A stretch of DNA of 54,849 bases, counting the filler, from Sphacelaria rigidula (lineage: Eukaryota), in assembly GCA_964200075.2 (NCBI GenBank). It is 3 parts of 3 records of this genome, joined end to end, with 100 filler letters (N's around TTAATTAATTAA, not from the genome) between each part and the next. Parts side by side here need not be neighbours in the genome. Positions count along the whole stretch, not along the records: positions 1 to 18,221 come from CAXNAA020000892.1; 2 more parts are not named here. One strand, written 5' to 3'. The notes under the pieces were generated by a model. That model was not told where the DNA came from. It did not search any database and worked only from the letters and a program-made list of their open reading frames with translations. The stretch's first letter is position 1, and every line of letters starts with the position of its first letter. Shown piece by piece: positions 1 through 14,100 of the stretch. A program made the position numbers and the translations under genes.

Positions 1-73
1 CGCGAACCCGTGGTCACAGACGTAGGCTCGCCTTTCCAATACCGTCCCTGCTATTCCTTAGCAGACACATAAG
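1..73 (-). mobile_element. LINE 3'-tail fragment
   Basis: Aligns by eye with 21668-21738, the 3' tail of the LINE (cgaacccgt.gtc.cag.cgtaggctcg.ctttcca.taccgtccctgct). Confidence 0.7.
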
Positions 74-92
74 AAGATCTTCATTCTCCGGG

Positions 93-442
93 TTTCTCAT
101 CCCCAATAAAAGATCCATCCCCAATTTGTAAGATCCCGTGTTAGACCCCAAATCGGCGCCTGTGGCGCCGACTAGTTAGGGGTCCTAGGTGAAAAAACGA
201 TTTCGGAACCATTTTGGCGTCCGTTCGGACACCCGGAATTCCCAAAAATTGGTTTTGCCCCAACATTTCGGTGATCGAAATAAATCCAAATTTCTATGGC
301 GTGTAGCAGTTATCAATAGCTATCAGTAGGTGAAGAAATGGAGCCATATTTCGAAGATTTGGTGTGGATACAAAGTTTTTGATTCTCCGACTTTCTCATC
401 CCCAATAAAAGATCCATCCCCAATTTGTAAGATCCCGTGTTA
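93..442. repeat. 51-bp perfect direct repeat pair
   Basis: 93-143 equals 392-442 (tttctcatccccaataaaagatccatccccaatttgtaagatcccgtgtta). Confidence 0.9.
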
Positions 443-1579
443 AAAACGCGTTCTGGACGAGCTGGGTCCACTGCTCACCTGCCCCAAACCATACCTTTTT
501 TCAGAGCTGTAGCAAGTCTCAAATCGAGTAGTCATCCCTGTCGAACATTGTGTACTAACATTTCTTGAGGTCTACTGATCTAAGGGTCAACGAGCCTCTT
601 ATTATTGTGCAAGCCAACGTGTCGTGTGACAATACGAAAGGTAAATGCCACCGCCGTTCGGGAAAAAAAAGTCACTTTCAATCTCACGAAAACATTGTTG
701 AACGTTCTGTGCACGCGAGGAGCACACGGGACGGGACGGTCAGCCTCACTAAAATTCCGACCCTCCTCGTGGTTGACCGCAAATCAAGGCATATCAAGTA
801 TTTAGTGCAGAGGTTACCCTTTGGGTGTGGAGCCGACCCTGCGTACCAACCGCAGCTTGACGCATTCTGCGGTACTAGCTGCTCACTGCACAGCGGCTGG
901 GTGCAGGGTGACAAAGCACACCGCATGACGTCTCATCCTTAGCCTATTCCTGTCCTGCATTGATTTCGCTCTATCCTATGCAGTTCGCCACATCATGAAC
1001 GCAGCTGCTCGTACCTGCGGCCAAGGTGTACGCGGGATATCACCTCTCGCTACGCGCTATATTGCTACGCCACTTTTCGTAAAGCTGTCCGTATTGCAGC
1101 TACAGCGTGCGTTCACCCCAGGTGGCGCACTCAGGAGCGAAAGGCCGCCCCCACCGATGTATTGGCTGCCTGTATCTTGGGGCGAAGCTGTGTGGTAAGT
1201 GAGACAGCAGCCGCGGCTGGTGCGCCCACATATACCGAAAGGTGGAGACCGGCGTCCAGAATAGATGGGACGACAACACATACAACACTCTGTGCGCAGT
1301 ACACTTTTGACGTCGTGTTCGTATCGTACCGACTGTAGAAACCTTCATCGACCATCTCGTGAAAAAAATCGCAGTTTCTGGGTGAACTGCAGGTGAGGCA
1401 AACTCTGATCCAGCGCACTTTAAGTTGATACCGCTAGAAGGACACTGCCCTGAGCACGTTGCCGGCTGTCAGACCGTCAGGACGTGAGATCCGCTAGCAT
1501 CGCTACTGTCTGTACGGGGACGTCGCACTCTTGTCGGGTGTGGCAGAACGCAGTGGTCGCGTCAAGCAGCTGCACGCTG

Positions 1580-1850
1580 CGCGTTCTCGCTCAAGACTTC
1601 GATTTGGAGGATGATATTAGGTAGGCAGCAGTAACTGATGTGTGTCCAGGTGCCCCTTGGAGCAGGATGCGTTTGGTTTCTGTTTGACAGTTTTCCCCCC
1701 TAAAACGGAATCAATGGGGGTTTTAGGCTGGAAGAAATAACGCATAAAAAATGTCGGCCCAGATCGAGTCGCAGAAATCATGTCGCAAAAAACCGGTTGG
1801 TCGAATTTCTATCCGCAGCAAAAACCAATTTCAATTCGTGGGATTGGCAT
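1580..1850. repeat. Interspersed repeat related to the 40932-41729 element
   Basis: Shared blocks such as gctcaagacttc.atttggaggatga and gtgccccttggagca.gatgcgtttggtttctgtttg. Confidence 0.75.
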
Positions 1851-3288
1851 TGTGGGGAGTCAATCCGTATGAAGTCTGATTCGTCCGAAACGTGAAATAT
1901 TTCGCAATAAATTCAACAAATTCCAATCATCGGAAGAGACGGTACGCAGAAGTCGGACGCGTTGACGAGATAAAATTTAGAGAGAGCAGATTCGGGCGTC
2001 GTGGCGAGGAAATCGTACTTACGGTCCTGTAAATCAACCAAATCAAAGAAATGAACAGTGTGAGTCAGACAGTGGTTGACTGAACCGGCCGGTTTGGATT
2101 GCTGTGAAAAGAAGTGAGCGCTCTGAACTTTCCAAAATCTTAGACGCACCACCGCAGGGAAAGCGAGGGGACGGAATCCGAGACGACTCGGATTTGTCCA
2201 GGTTGACCGAGGCAAGAAATACGCACGCCCACATCCTGTAACGGTGAACGGTGTTCCCGCCTGCCCCTCATATAAAGGTCAACTGGTTGCGGGAGGTGTG
2301 ATCCAATGCTCGATGAAAAACTGCAAGGTAAGTACCCGGGAGATATGGGTTGGACCCTTTGAACCATGGACTTGTCCAAATGAGGGAGGGGGGAGGGGGG
2401 GTTGGAAGTTCAATTTAAATAGAAGAAAAATAATAGCACGACTGGCGTATACAGTAAACGTCCCGATCGGCGATCGCATAGGTTTGTAGTACTTTCGGAT
2501 AGTTCATCTACTGGGATCAAGGACTAGAACAACATGTATTTCAGGCTGTGCAAGTCAGGAATACACACCAACTACATTCTGAGACATGATATTGGAACAA
2601 GCGCGGATGCGGTTGTCGCCGCCGTTCCACACAGTACTCAAGAATAACAATAACTTATGACAACATAAAAACGATCGGCAATATTCGAGGTTCACAAAAC
2701 AAGGAGAAAAACCACGATCATGCGGGCAAAAATGTACAATTGCCTTGCCCACAGCCCGATATACACCATTTACGTGTGCCCATCTTGTGTAACCCCACGT
2801 CGACCTCCTCCGCGTCCGGCACACCCTCTCAACCCTCCAAGGTCGCCGAGAATCACGGTGCAACCGAAACGCCAATTCAAACGCAGGGCATGGGGCTAGG
2901 TTGTTCGTAAGCTATCCCCTCGCAATGAGCGAGATGGGACATGCCACTATCAAGATCCGCCCCACTATGGCGAGCGTGTGGGACACGCTACAGTGCACCA
3001 GGATGGCAGCCCGATCAGCTTACGACGAAGGGATACAAGCACACACAGGCAAGTCTTCCGTGGGCAACAAATATACACCAACCCCCTCCCGCCGTTATCA
3101 TGTCTACCGCGCATGAAGGGACCACTATTGGGATTGACTGTACTGGGGGGGAAAAAAGTGCCGACTGATACTAACCACAAAATAACCTCGTTTGGAAGAA
3201 TAATGTACACCCGCCGGGAATGGGGCAGCGTCAGAGGGGTCTGAATACGTCTCCCTCAGCTCAGCCTGCCTCTTTGCCTCCTTCCCGC

Positions 3289-6200
3289 TCAGCTGACAAC
3301 ACAGCAGCTGTTCGTTTTCCGCGCCTGCTTGTAGAACATCTTGGATTGCCGGCTCAAGTCATCTGATCGGTCCACCAATTCGTCCAGCCTCACCCCTCGT
3401 TCCAGCACATTGTCGATTGTTCGGTGCTGGATTTGTCATCGACAAGTGGCAGAGAAGCAAAACAAACATACACCGCGTGCAGGAACCAACACCCCACCGT
3501 GAATCAGTCAGGGCTGTGCATCAACATAACTTGGCTTCCGCCAGTGCAAGGGGGTACAACCAAGGCCTAGATCATACCATGCACACTCTTGGACGTGGTA
3601 CAACCAAGGAAAAACACGGCCGACTTGACCAATATTCGCGCATATCAGAGGGAGTATCTTAATGTGACCCACAGGCATCCCCAGCAACACCCGAGTTGCC
3701 ACGACGCGAACACTACAGCGGAAAGGGACGCGCAAGTCTCATGACCAACTACTATGCGAGGGGCAAGTGTCAAGGGTGCCAAGGGTATCATGTCCTGAAC
3801 ACTCACAAGGACTTCTGTTGTCTCGTCCAAATCACGCTGAATCTTCGTGATTTTATCAGCTTTTGCAGGGTCCTGCGACGTAGAACAACAACGGGACGAT
3901 GAGCGAGAGCGCAATCGGCGAGCCAAGGGAGTAAGGAATCGAATACTTGCAGGTTGTTAGCCCTTCGGCTACGAGACATTTCATCCCACGTAGCCACGGA
4001 GGAGCTAGCCATTTTCACCACCACGGATCCATATCCATTCCATGCCATGATCCACCGGACCCGAGAGCACCAGGAACCAACAGCGAGCTACCTTGTCTAC
4101 AGCGCAGCATTTTCCCTCGGAAACCACGGTTCGGACAAATCATCGCCGGTTCGAATCACCAAATCCACGATTTCTTAGGCCCGATTGCTCGAAAGAGAAA
4201 AAAAAAGTCGACCACTGGTCAGAAACGTCGCCACGCATTTTTTCCGCCATTCGACGTACCTGGGCTGCGCGTACCTGCGTTGCAACGCTGAAAACAAAGC
4301 CGAAGGGTCGACTCGTACGGTACGAATCAACCAAACTAAAACCAAGCAATTTTCAGACGAATAACTCATTCGTCCGACCCTTCGGAAACAACCAGCGACT
4401 GCGACCGTTGCCAACATCATTTGCGTCGAACGATCAACTCGTCACAACCACAAGGCCGAGGTGAGCGAGTGTACGAGTATGGGCCGCCGCAATAAGAAGA
4501 AGCACGCACGACGATCCACCCATCAGCAGCGGGCTCTTGCAACTGTACACGTGCGCACACCTGGTAGTCCACAATCATCTTGTCCATGGGCGGGAACTTG
4601 ATGGCCTCAGTTCGGGTTTCAGATTGCCATGGCACTTGCTCCGCGTATTGCTCCAATAACTGAACAGCGATTCCACAATAGGCCAAGCAACACGCGCAGA
4701 TACCGTGGGTTCCTCCAAGGCAGCCGCGAACATATTTTTGCGCTGAAGCTCCATCAGAGACCGTTTTCCGAGCGAAAAAAAACTCAAGTAACAAAAGCTT
4801 CATGCCCAGGTCATGGCACCACCATGCTAATGGAGCGAGTGTGTACAAAACAACGCCTGCATTACTGCTGTACCTCGCAGACTCCGGCACCCATCCATGT
4901 CGCAACTTTGTTAGCACGGCTAATTGTTGAATTGAACAGAGTCATGCGCACGCTTAGCTCAACTCGCATGAACACACTAACACACAAACAACGACCCCAC
5001 CATTTTCAACGAGGGTAAAGATATGTAGTTTTTGAGATAGCCGAGAGTGGATTTCCCTCTTCCCCCCCCCCCCCCCCCACCCTTTCGATTCCCGACATTC
5101 AATCTCTCACCTGCGTGAGTAGCACAAATGCCACTCTTGGTGGGTACTCAAGGTCTGCCGTTACTGTTCCCGCCAAGCCATCTTGCCTCATGTAAACGTG
5201 CACGTTGTAGTCTGTACACGTATGCGTGTTCGTGAGCACGTTGCGGCGAAAAAAATCAAACCAAGAAAGTCAACACACCCAGCAGCTATTTGAGCGGACA
5301 AAAAGCCAACTTTGGTGATGAGGAAAACCCTCATCAGTGTGAGCACTTTCCCGCCATGTGCCAGCACAACGGGTTGTGCCGGTAAATGAGGCACAAGTTC
5401 CTGGCGCCTTGTAGCTCGATGGTAGCAAGAACAGCGCAAACCGAATAACAAGTGCTCATCCCTGGTGCCCGGGCTCTTTTTTAGACGAGTCGTGATGCAG
5501 ATACAATGAGTTTCCTGTCGAAGAGCAAAGAGGTTGGAAGTGTTTTTGCTCACATGGAATGCAAAATAGATTCCATTCGGCGAAATATTGGATCGTAGCT
5601 ACGATTTTGTCGGCAAGCGATCTCCCTGACTCGACTAAATAACAAGAACGTATCTTTGATTTTGAACAAAAAGAGATCAAACCATACTCAGGTCGTGTTA
5701 CACGTGGTTCAAGCCCTAGCATATACATGCTGTTTCGACCGGGGCAACTCGACATCTGAATCAATGGCTGCAAAGAGTAGAGCGAGTCGCACGGTGCGGC
5801 GCTCCACAGTACGACAAGAGTGTCCCACTGCTGCAGAGCATTAACTGATGTTTTAGTCGTGCCCACCTTCGTGTTGCACGCTCTGCCTCATTCCTGGCTG
5901 TGTGCGCTTGACGATGGTCTTACTGAAGAACGTACACATCTCCTTGATCCTGGTAGAAAGATACGATGCGATATCATACGGAGACAGGACGAACAGACGA
6001 AGACGAACAGCTCAGAATGAAGTGGCCGGCCAGGACAAAATGCTCGGTCTTAATCCACTGCAGGCCATGACCCACCCACTCGACTTTCGGAAAAGCTCAA
6101 TTTGGGCGAGGCTTGAGTGGAGAGGGGTAGACCTCTTGTGAGTTCGAGTACAACCAAATACCGTGAATATTGGCGACAGCATGAACTGCACCAATAGTAC

Positions 6201-9200
6201 TTCTCCCGAACTTTTCAAGTTGTTCTTCGTTATCGAGAGCACACAAGGGAAGGGGGGGGGGGAGGGGATAATCCTGTAAGGAGGTCATAGCCTGCACTTG
6301 GTTGGAGCCATTGGCCACAACCGTCCACGGTTCAGACGAATCATCGCCGATTAGGGTCACCAAATCCATCATTTCTTAGACCAAATTGATCATAAGAAAG
6401 AAAAAAAGTCGGCCGCTGGTCAAACAGGTCTCCACGAAACTTTTGCGCCATTCCACGTGCCTGGGCTGCGCGTACCTGGGTTGCAAGGCTGAAAAAAAAG
6501 CGTAAGGATTGATTCGTCGGTACGAACCAATCCCACTAAAATCAAGTAATTTCCGGACAAACCATTAATTTGTCCGACCCTTGCAACCGTCGACTGTGTG
6601 GGCCCATCTCCATCTGCACGTGTTAACAAGGACGAGAAGACTCTTGACAGCAGTACCACTGTACTCTGTAATTCAGTATATATTGGTATTCTGGAATGCA
6701 ATATTTTTACACCCCGGACAACAAACAACGGAGTAGTTGTTACGTGAAACTGTTAGGCGCGCCATGAACCTTTTTTTCTGAAGACATCTTCGGTTTTTTC
6801 GAGAGAAAAAAAGCTCCCAACCCGAAAAATATCAGAGCAGGTTTCGTAACCAGGTCTGGCAACTAATTCAACAGATTACTCCAACAATCTAGCGTCGTCG
6901 GTTTTTCTACAGCGCCATTTTTTCTGCAAGGGTCGGATACAATTTTTCCGGAAAAGTCGAAAAATCTGAAGAACAGTCTCCTTGATGACTCCCCCTGGAC
7001 CGCTCCTTATGGCAAACAAAACTAACAATAGGGGAAACTGTCCTTTTCAACCTTGTGTACCGTTATAGGGGCTTCAAGAGAGCTAGGCGGATTTTGACAC
7101 CTTGGAGTGCCTTGTTGTACGCGTTGAGGCGGTTCCGGCATACCTGTGCGTTTTTCTGATGGCCTCGGGTTTTTTCTTCACCAAACTTGCATTTGTCTCG
7201 GAGACCCGTCAAGTCCACAAACACTTCGCAAGTTCTTGTGGTGTTCGATCGGTCTCCGAGAAAAATGAGCGACCTCCGCGATACATGCAAGTTTGTTCAA
7301 GAAGAAAAAGCGGCCACCGGAAAAACGCAATGGTGTGCTGAAATAGCCTCGACGAGTACAGCAAGACATTCCATGGTTATCAAAATCCGCCTATAATAGT
7401 CGTGCTTTTTTCTTCTTGTATATCCGCAGTTTCTGTTCTTTCTCTTCGTTGTCATTTTTTCCAGTTGGCCTGTGTTGCCAGTTTTGTGGATTTACTCGCG
7501 CTTCTTGATAGTGTCCCAGATTCAGAGTTGACCGCCGCGATCGCCCAACTGCCGTTGGAGAGCCGTCGCCAGAAGAACCCGGTCGGGCGGTGGTCGATCG
7601 AGTAGCTGCCGCTGTACTGGTAGTTGATGTCGACTTCACCCATTTGGCGATTGTAGTACTGTCGCGATTTCGGCTGGGCTACCACCGACTTCCCGGTTCC
7701 CTGCCCCTTCTCGTGCTTCCCGGTTCGGGTGATTCATACAAAGTGCAAGCAACACGCCAGTTTCAGCGGAGGCCCGGCAATCGGCCTGATGATGATGTCG
7801 CCGATGGAGGCGCGGCAAGCCTTACTAGGCACCACCTAAAGGTCATCCGAGATGTCGCCTCTCGGTTCGGGAGGACAGAGAGGGCATGGTGGCTCACCGC
7901 GCTTACGGACAAGCTCGTGTCAAAGTGTCAGCGGGGCAATTCCGCGCAGAACGCCGAGACGCGGAAGGAGACTCCGGTGCTCTCGCAGCAAGCAGCGGGG
8001 TCGGAGCGAGAGGCGGTGCCCGATTCATCCCGCGAGTGCAAACGTCAGGGGGTGCAAGAGGCAAACAACCGGCATCTGCCGATGTGCCGCATGCACCAGT
8101 TTGGGCTGGACCGGAGTGATCTACTCTCGGTGCTACAACGACGAGGCGAAGTACCAAACCCATCTTTCTAGAAGGTTTGCGACCGGAGAGCTACATCGTC
8201 TGGCATGTGACGGGATTTACGGGAGCGTGGATGTTCGGTTTAGGCCGTGAGTGAGCGGGGGTATACTCATCATCATGGATGCCATGATCAAAAGACCATT
8301 GACTTCGCATTCCTACAAAGCTGGGACGGAGTACGCAGGGTATTTGCCGGACCAGGCTCGCAATCAATCACCCAGCGCGAAGCACCGTGGTGTGTTCAGT
8401 GAGTCGCATGAAGGGTGAGTTGCATCCTGCTAGGATTGTTCAGTTAGACGCCTACTGATTATCTTGCATTTAGATGACAGCCTCTAATGACTTACTTTGT
8501 TTCTTGGCATCGCCACTTCCAGAGATAGCCACGGCTTTAATACACTGCCTCATGGATGTCTTACCATTAACGGGGGGGCATGGGGGGGCGTTCTTATTTG
8601 TTGCTTGCCTCGTCCTTTGTTTCGACCATACATCCCTTTCGAGACGGAGCCCCGTTCCTACTTCTAATAGAGAAACCTCCAACATTTCGAACGGGGGGAG
8701 GGGTGGGGGACGCGTCCGTTTAGAGATAATGGTCAGTGCAGCGAGGGTGAATGAGATGTGGCGTAGAAGACACGATTCGGTCACCGGGGAACGCACGGTT
8801 GATACATGCATCCACAAAGGAGGGCAGGGGTCCACACTACCATCAGGCAACTTGACGATGAGGAGGGTTGGACTTCTCTTGTCCTGGAGGGAGGGGGTTG
8901 GGGGAAGCAGAGAATCATGCGGTGCTTTATCGCTTTCACCTTCTGAGCACAGCGCCGGGGTCGCCCAGTGCTGAGTTGGAGCGCTTATGCCGCCTTGTCA
9001 TATTATCTTTGAGGCTATTTTGATTTCCGAAGCCACTTGTCTCCTGAGAGGAGGGCGGGGGTAGACAGAATCAAGTGATACTCCATCACTGCCTCAGGTT
9101 CTGGGCACAGCACCGGGTGTGGCGCCGCGCTGAGTAACTATACAGTGTTGTTTCGGCCGTGCCGATTTTTCAAGCCGTACCGTCACCAATAGGGAGGGAA

Positions 9201-11051
9201 GTCAGGTGCTACTGTCTGTAACACTACCCCACCTTTTCAGCACAGCGCCCAGTGTCTCGCGGTGCTGAGTACGTATGCTGGTGCCACATTTACATCAGCT
9301 TTTGGCCGTCGTGATTATCGCAGCCCATCGTCTCCACGGTGGGGGGGGGGGTGTACTCATTTGTTGCTGGCCCTAGTCCTTTGACCACTGACCACGCATC
9401 GCTTTCAAGACGGAGCACCGTTCCTACTCATGATAGAGCCACCTTCAACATGCCGGCGCCCATTACGTTATTTTCCTTACATTACACAAAACCTTTTCCA
9501 TATCTTCTCCCCGTCCTCGGGGGGGGGCGTTGGGGCAGAGACGAAGTTATGCAGAACTCGAGCACTTAGCTTGTAGGCACGGCGCCGGTAGTCGCGATGT
9601 TGAGTGAGTACCTTCTGCTCTTTATTCGTATTTAAGGCAGAATTGATTTCCGCAGCAAATCACTCCCACGTTGGCGGGGGAAGGGGAGATGATATCCCTG
9701 TCTCAGCTGCTGCGCACGGTACCAGGTATGAGGCAGTACTGAGGGGATATATTCATGTGGTATATTTTATCTTGAGCGCGCGAAATCTCGAAGCCAAGTC
9801 ATCACCATGGGGGAGCAGGAACGACGCTACATCCTATTGTATCGCCTTCAACAAATGCACGTGAACACGTACAGCCGAACACATACATTCATCGAAAGTC
9901 GATTATTTCGCGCGACGGGATGAAGCGGCCGAAAACTAACGCAGTGACAAAGAGAACCGCCACCACGCCGAAAGAGCTCTCGCGAGGACATGTAACCAAC
10001 TGCACAGAATCACTGCAAGGCGAACACAGAGGGGGGGGGGGGATTGGCATTAAATGAGTTGGGCCAAAGCCCCTCTGTTGCACCCACCCTCCCGCCGGGA
10101 TCACGACCATCTTCGACCACCGTCACTAACCCCGTTTCCCTCACCCCAGAACAAACCCACACCGCGCTGCACCTACCACACCCCTACACAGGCGAATGAC
10201 TTCGGGACAACAAGGGGAGGAAATCATCGCAGATCATTGCCCCCTCCCCTTTCGCCTGCATGTACCCCGCTTGTCGCTCCTCTGTCCTGCACCGACGACT
10301 GCGGCACGGTATCCTTCCTGCGTGTAACCCTCGCGACGCTTTACTTGCACTCGCCACCTGTAGCGTTCAGGCCCTTCGCCCCCTGGTAACAGGACTAGAT
10401 GGATGCCCGTACGTCACGAAGTCTGAATCACAAAACCCTGCCGGCAAATAAGATGACATCGGTGCGGTAAGACAGAACAACGAGTGGACGAGACAAGTTC
10501 AGAATCAAGAGTGCCATTGGTGCATCGGCACGTATTGGAGGGTGTACACTCTGCGACGAATTTGGCGGCGCTCTTCAGTCGTCAGCCACACCGCGCTCCT
10601 TTCTCGTGCTGTTCTCACTCCTGCATCCTGCGCTCCACGTTCATACGTACATAAACAACATATATGGGGTTCCGCATGAACTCGTCAATTTTCGAGCGCC
10701 TACACTACTCGATGAGATATGCCACACCGCGCTGCGACCGGGCAACGCGTTCGAGACCCTTCCGCGGCGCTGCGCCGCAAGACAGTTCGTCCTCTAGTGG
10801 GCTGTCGTCGCCGTCAGGTGGGGGGGGGGGAGGGCGCCCAATGTTTGAGGACTTGAGGATACGACTTCCGCGGGGTAGTTGGTGTTATACTGCGGTTGCA
10901 CATATACACTTTGTGTCTATCGACGCATCAACCGCATCGTCGCGCGTCTGACCGCGAACGATATCCGAATTTCGAGTGGACTTCAATGCCGTTGTAGAGC
11001 GTATTGCGCGCCAGTTCTGGACGGCCAAAAAGTACACACGACAGCACCAAG

Positions 11052-11106
<55 letters not shown>

Positions 11107-14100
11107 ATCTGGGAACAGACCTCCCTCGGGTAGCACGTGCGAACTTGGGACGCCAGAACCGAACGAGAAATGGAAGCAAATTGATTGAAGACGGCGTCTG
11201 GAGACTCTCGAGTTTCCTCTCCCAAAGGGATTCCTTCGAACCTCCGCCAGCCGCAAAAGGGGACACGGCCGATGCGGCGCTAGACGCGCGGAGTGTCCAC
11301 GCCATTTCTGCCGTCTGATACACATGCTCACACCACGCTTGTATTCATGGCATACAGAGAACTATGATGCATTGCAGCCGTATGGTACCGACGTTTGTGA
11401 TTGCTGGGGTGTAAGCAGTACAGTGGTGGCAACTCATCGCGGTGGGTACCGTTCGACCGCAGACGATAGTGCACCGCGGTTCATCCCACTTTCGGAACGA
11501 ACTGGATAAGTACAACTACCACCCCACCTTTACCATGCCGTGATTTCGCAGAATCGCACGATGTGTGCCGCGTTGATGCCGCGAAGATCAACATCTTTAC
11601 AAAGACACAATTTTCCAGAAGCTGTAATGGAAGACGGCCATAGTAATGGCGGGGCCGTACCCATCATGACAAGGGGGTGATATCCGCCGTATTGCAAACA
11701 ATACACCTCGTTCGTGTTGGGATTCAATTTGACACAGGGACACGACACACACGCACCGCCTCGTGCTGTAGGGGAAACTCCTCGCGCAGCTACACCGCCC
11801 CAGCTGCTATTACAGGGATGCGATGGGAATAACTCCGCACATCCTGCGATAGGCTGACCGTGGCACAGGGTCGATATCCGTCTATTGCCCAGTATCGATT
11901 GAGGTCGTCACTAGTTCCCATGCAATCCAAACTGAACGTATCATTTTTCTCTGACACGGCAATAGACTCACGGAGAGCACAGGACAGCGTGCCACATACC
12001 AACATATACAAGTCTTGCATGGGCAGGTCGAGTGGAGTATATACAATTGCGGGGTATTTTGAAAGTCGTACTTGAAGTACACAAATTGGGGGTAGGGTTT
12101 TAGGAATCGCTTTCCAGTTATTTTTTGGGTACGACTTCCAACACTCTACCCATATTCGAGTACATCAACTACGCCCTTCAGAATGCCCCACAATTGAGGA
12201 TACTCTACTCGAACTACGCTTAGAGTCTTGTGAGGGCCCGGGAAGGCGTCGTCAGGCGCGCGGTATATCAAAAGCTCCTCACAGGGCGACCACGACAGGG
12301 AAGCAACTACGGTACAGGTCGTTCACTCATGCGGCGTTTGTCTCCTGCCGTACTGTACTACTACCTGCGGTGAATTCTGACATACCGGTGCTGAATTCGG
12401 TTGTACTGTGTTATACTCCATTGACGAACACTACTCTGGTTCGAGTATTATTGCCTTGGCGTTTCATGCCCACCTGGTTTCGAAAGCCTCTATGCGTGAC
12501 ACTGCCCCGCGCCGACAACTGCTCCGTGGTTGCTGCTGCACTAGCTTCCGCCACTGCCTCCCCACCAGCCCGGGATGGTCTGCGCAGGTCAGCCCTCTCT
12601 TTTTTCTTCCAGACATCTCGTCAAGGAAGGGTTCCGTCGTTCCCGCAGCTGCAGTACGAGTTGCCTACGACTGCAGCAGCTTGGGCTGCATACTCTCGGG
12701 TGCGAGAGGGGCAGTTTTCTGGCACCGTAATTAGCTGTCGGTATACAGCATGTGGTGCGTCGCCGTTCGCAACGTACATCGTCGCCACCGCTTTCAAGGT
12801 CTCTTTACTGTATTCGGAAACGCAGATCTCATGGCGGTGCTCTCTGTCAGCCGGGGAGCTATTATTCTATTCTTTCGCCAAGACGAGTGGGGTCTACACA
12901 ACTTGGAAAATTCGGGAATGGGCACTGCACTAAATCCAAGTAAATTAATGGTAGACCTACCCCTTTCCAAGACCATTATCAAGTAACCACATTGTACACC
13001 TGGAATCATACTATGCTATGGAGGCTTTCTTATGGACGTGTGCAATCCTCTTTGGACCTGGTGATTGGCCAGTGGGTGGCTGAGTTGGCAACCTCGAAAC
13101 CTTCTGACGGCTGAGACGTGAGTTCCAATCTCGACGAAGTCACACGATCTGGGATTTTTCCTCAAAACATGCCCAACAGTGGAGAGCGACTCTGTCGTGG
13201 GTGCAAAAAAACGAAACTCGATATCGCGGTCGACGAGGGAAAGGAAAGGACCCCTGAACCCTTCTGGCGATAGAACGCTAAGAGGCCAGCACCGCAGAAG
13301 AAAGGGGGAGTGGGAAGAGACAGGTGATTAAAAGAAAAGCACCGTGTCCGTAGCCCTCCTGGGTGGCCTCGGCTGATTCTCCCACATGTACCGAGAGGTG
13401 TTAATCGGCCTCCAGAACGGATGGAACGACAACACACACACACTAGTTTAGCAGTTATGTCACTTGTCGCTGATTCCCCCGCTGGTCATTCGGGGCCGGT
13501 TATTGATTTTAGCGTTGCCGTGATTGGATATGTCGCTGCTGAGAAAAGAAAAAGAAAAAAGCCCAACGTCCACCAAAACCTCTGTTGGCCCGAACCAACG
13601 GGGTTGAAGCACCTTTTTTTTTCAGACAAACGAATTGTTCTGACCTGACCAACCTGTCGCTCTTCCGCACAACTGTACACTGTCATAGCAGCGGGACATA
13701 GGTATATTTCGATTCTGACGCAAGCAAAGCAAGGGCCATTCCGTGGTGCAAGGGCGCGGACCTTGGACGATCTGATCTCGGCGTCGTCGCCTACAACAAC
13801 AAACAAATATCTTGGTTCACAGGAAATACGGGTTGGTCTGCCCTATGAACCTCCCAATCAGCATCCAGCGCACACGAGGAAGGGCTCTCGCAGCACTCGG
13901 ATTAGTGGGCGGAGAAACTATAGCGATGGAAAGGTATAAACACGCAGCCCTCAGTGCTACCTCTTACGGAGACTAGGCTACTTCGCGGTGCCGTTGCCCC
14001 ACTGCCTGCTGTGAACTACAGTATCGTTGCAATACAGATGGTACGAGACAGTTGAAATGTTGAAATGCTGTTCGTTCGAAGGTCGAACAGATGACTATAG

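Noticed and set aside
8880..9850. CRISPR-like repeat-spacer array
   Set aside because: Repeats are degenerate, spacers are over 100 nt and related to each other, there are no cas genes, and the context is a eukaryotic intron.
10879..11331. ORFs with CVCVCV or THTHTH runs
   Set aside because: Translations of the (TG)n microsatellite.
13066..13145. tRNA gene
   Set aside because: Only A/B-box-like motifs, no complete cloverleaf; better explained as a SINE head.
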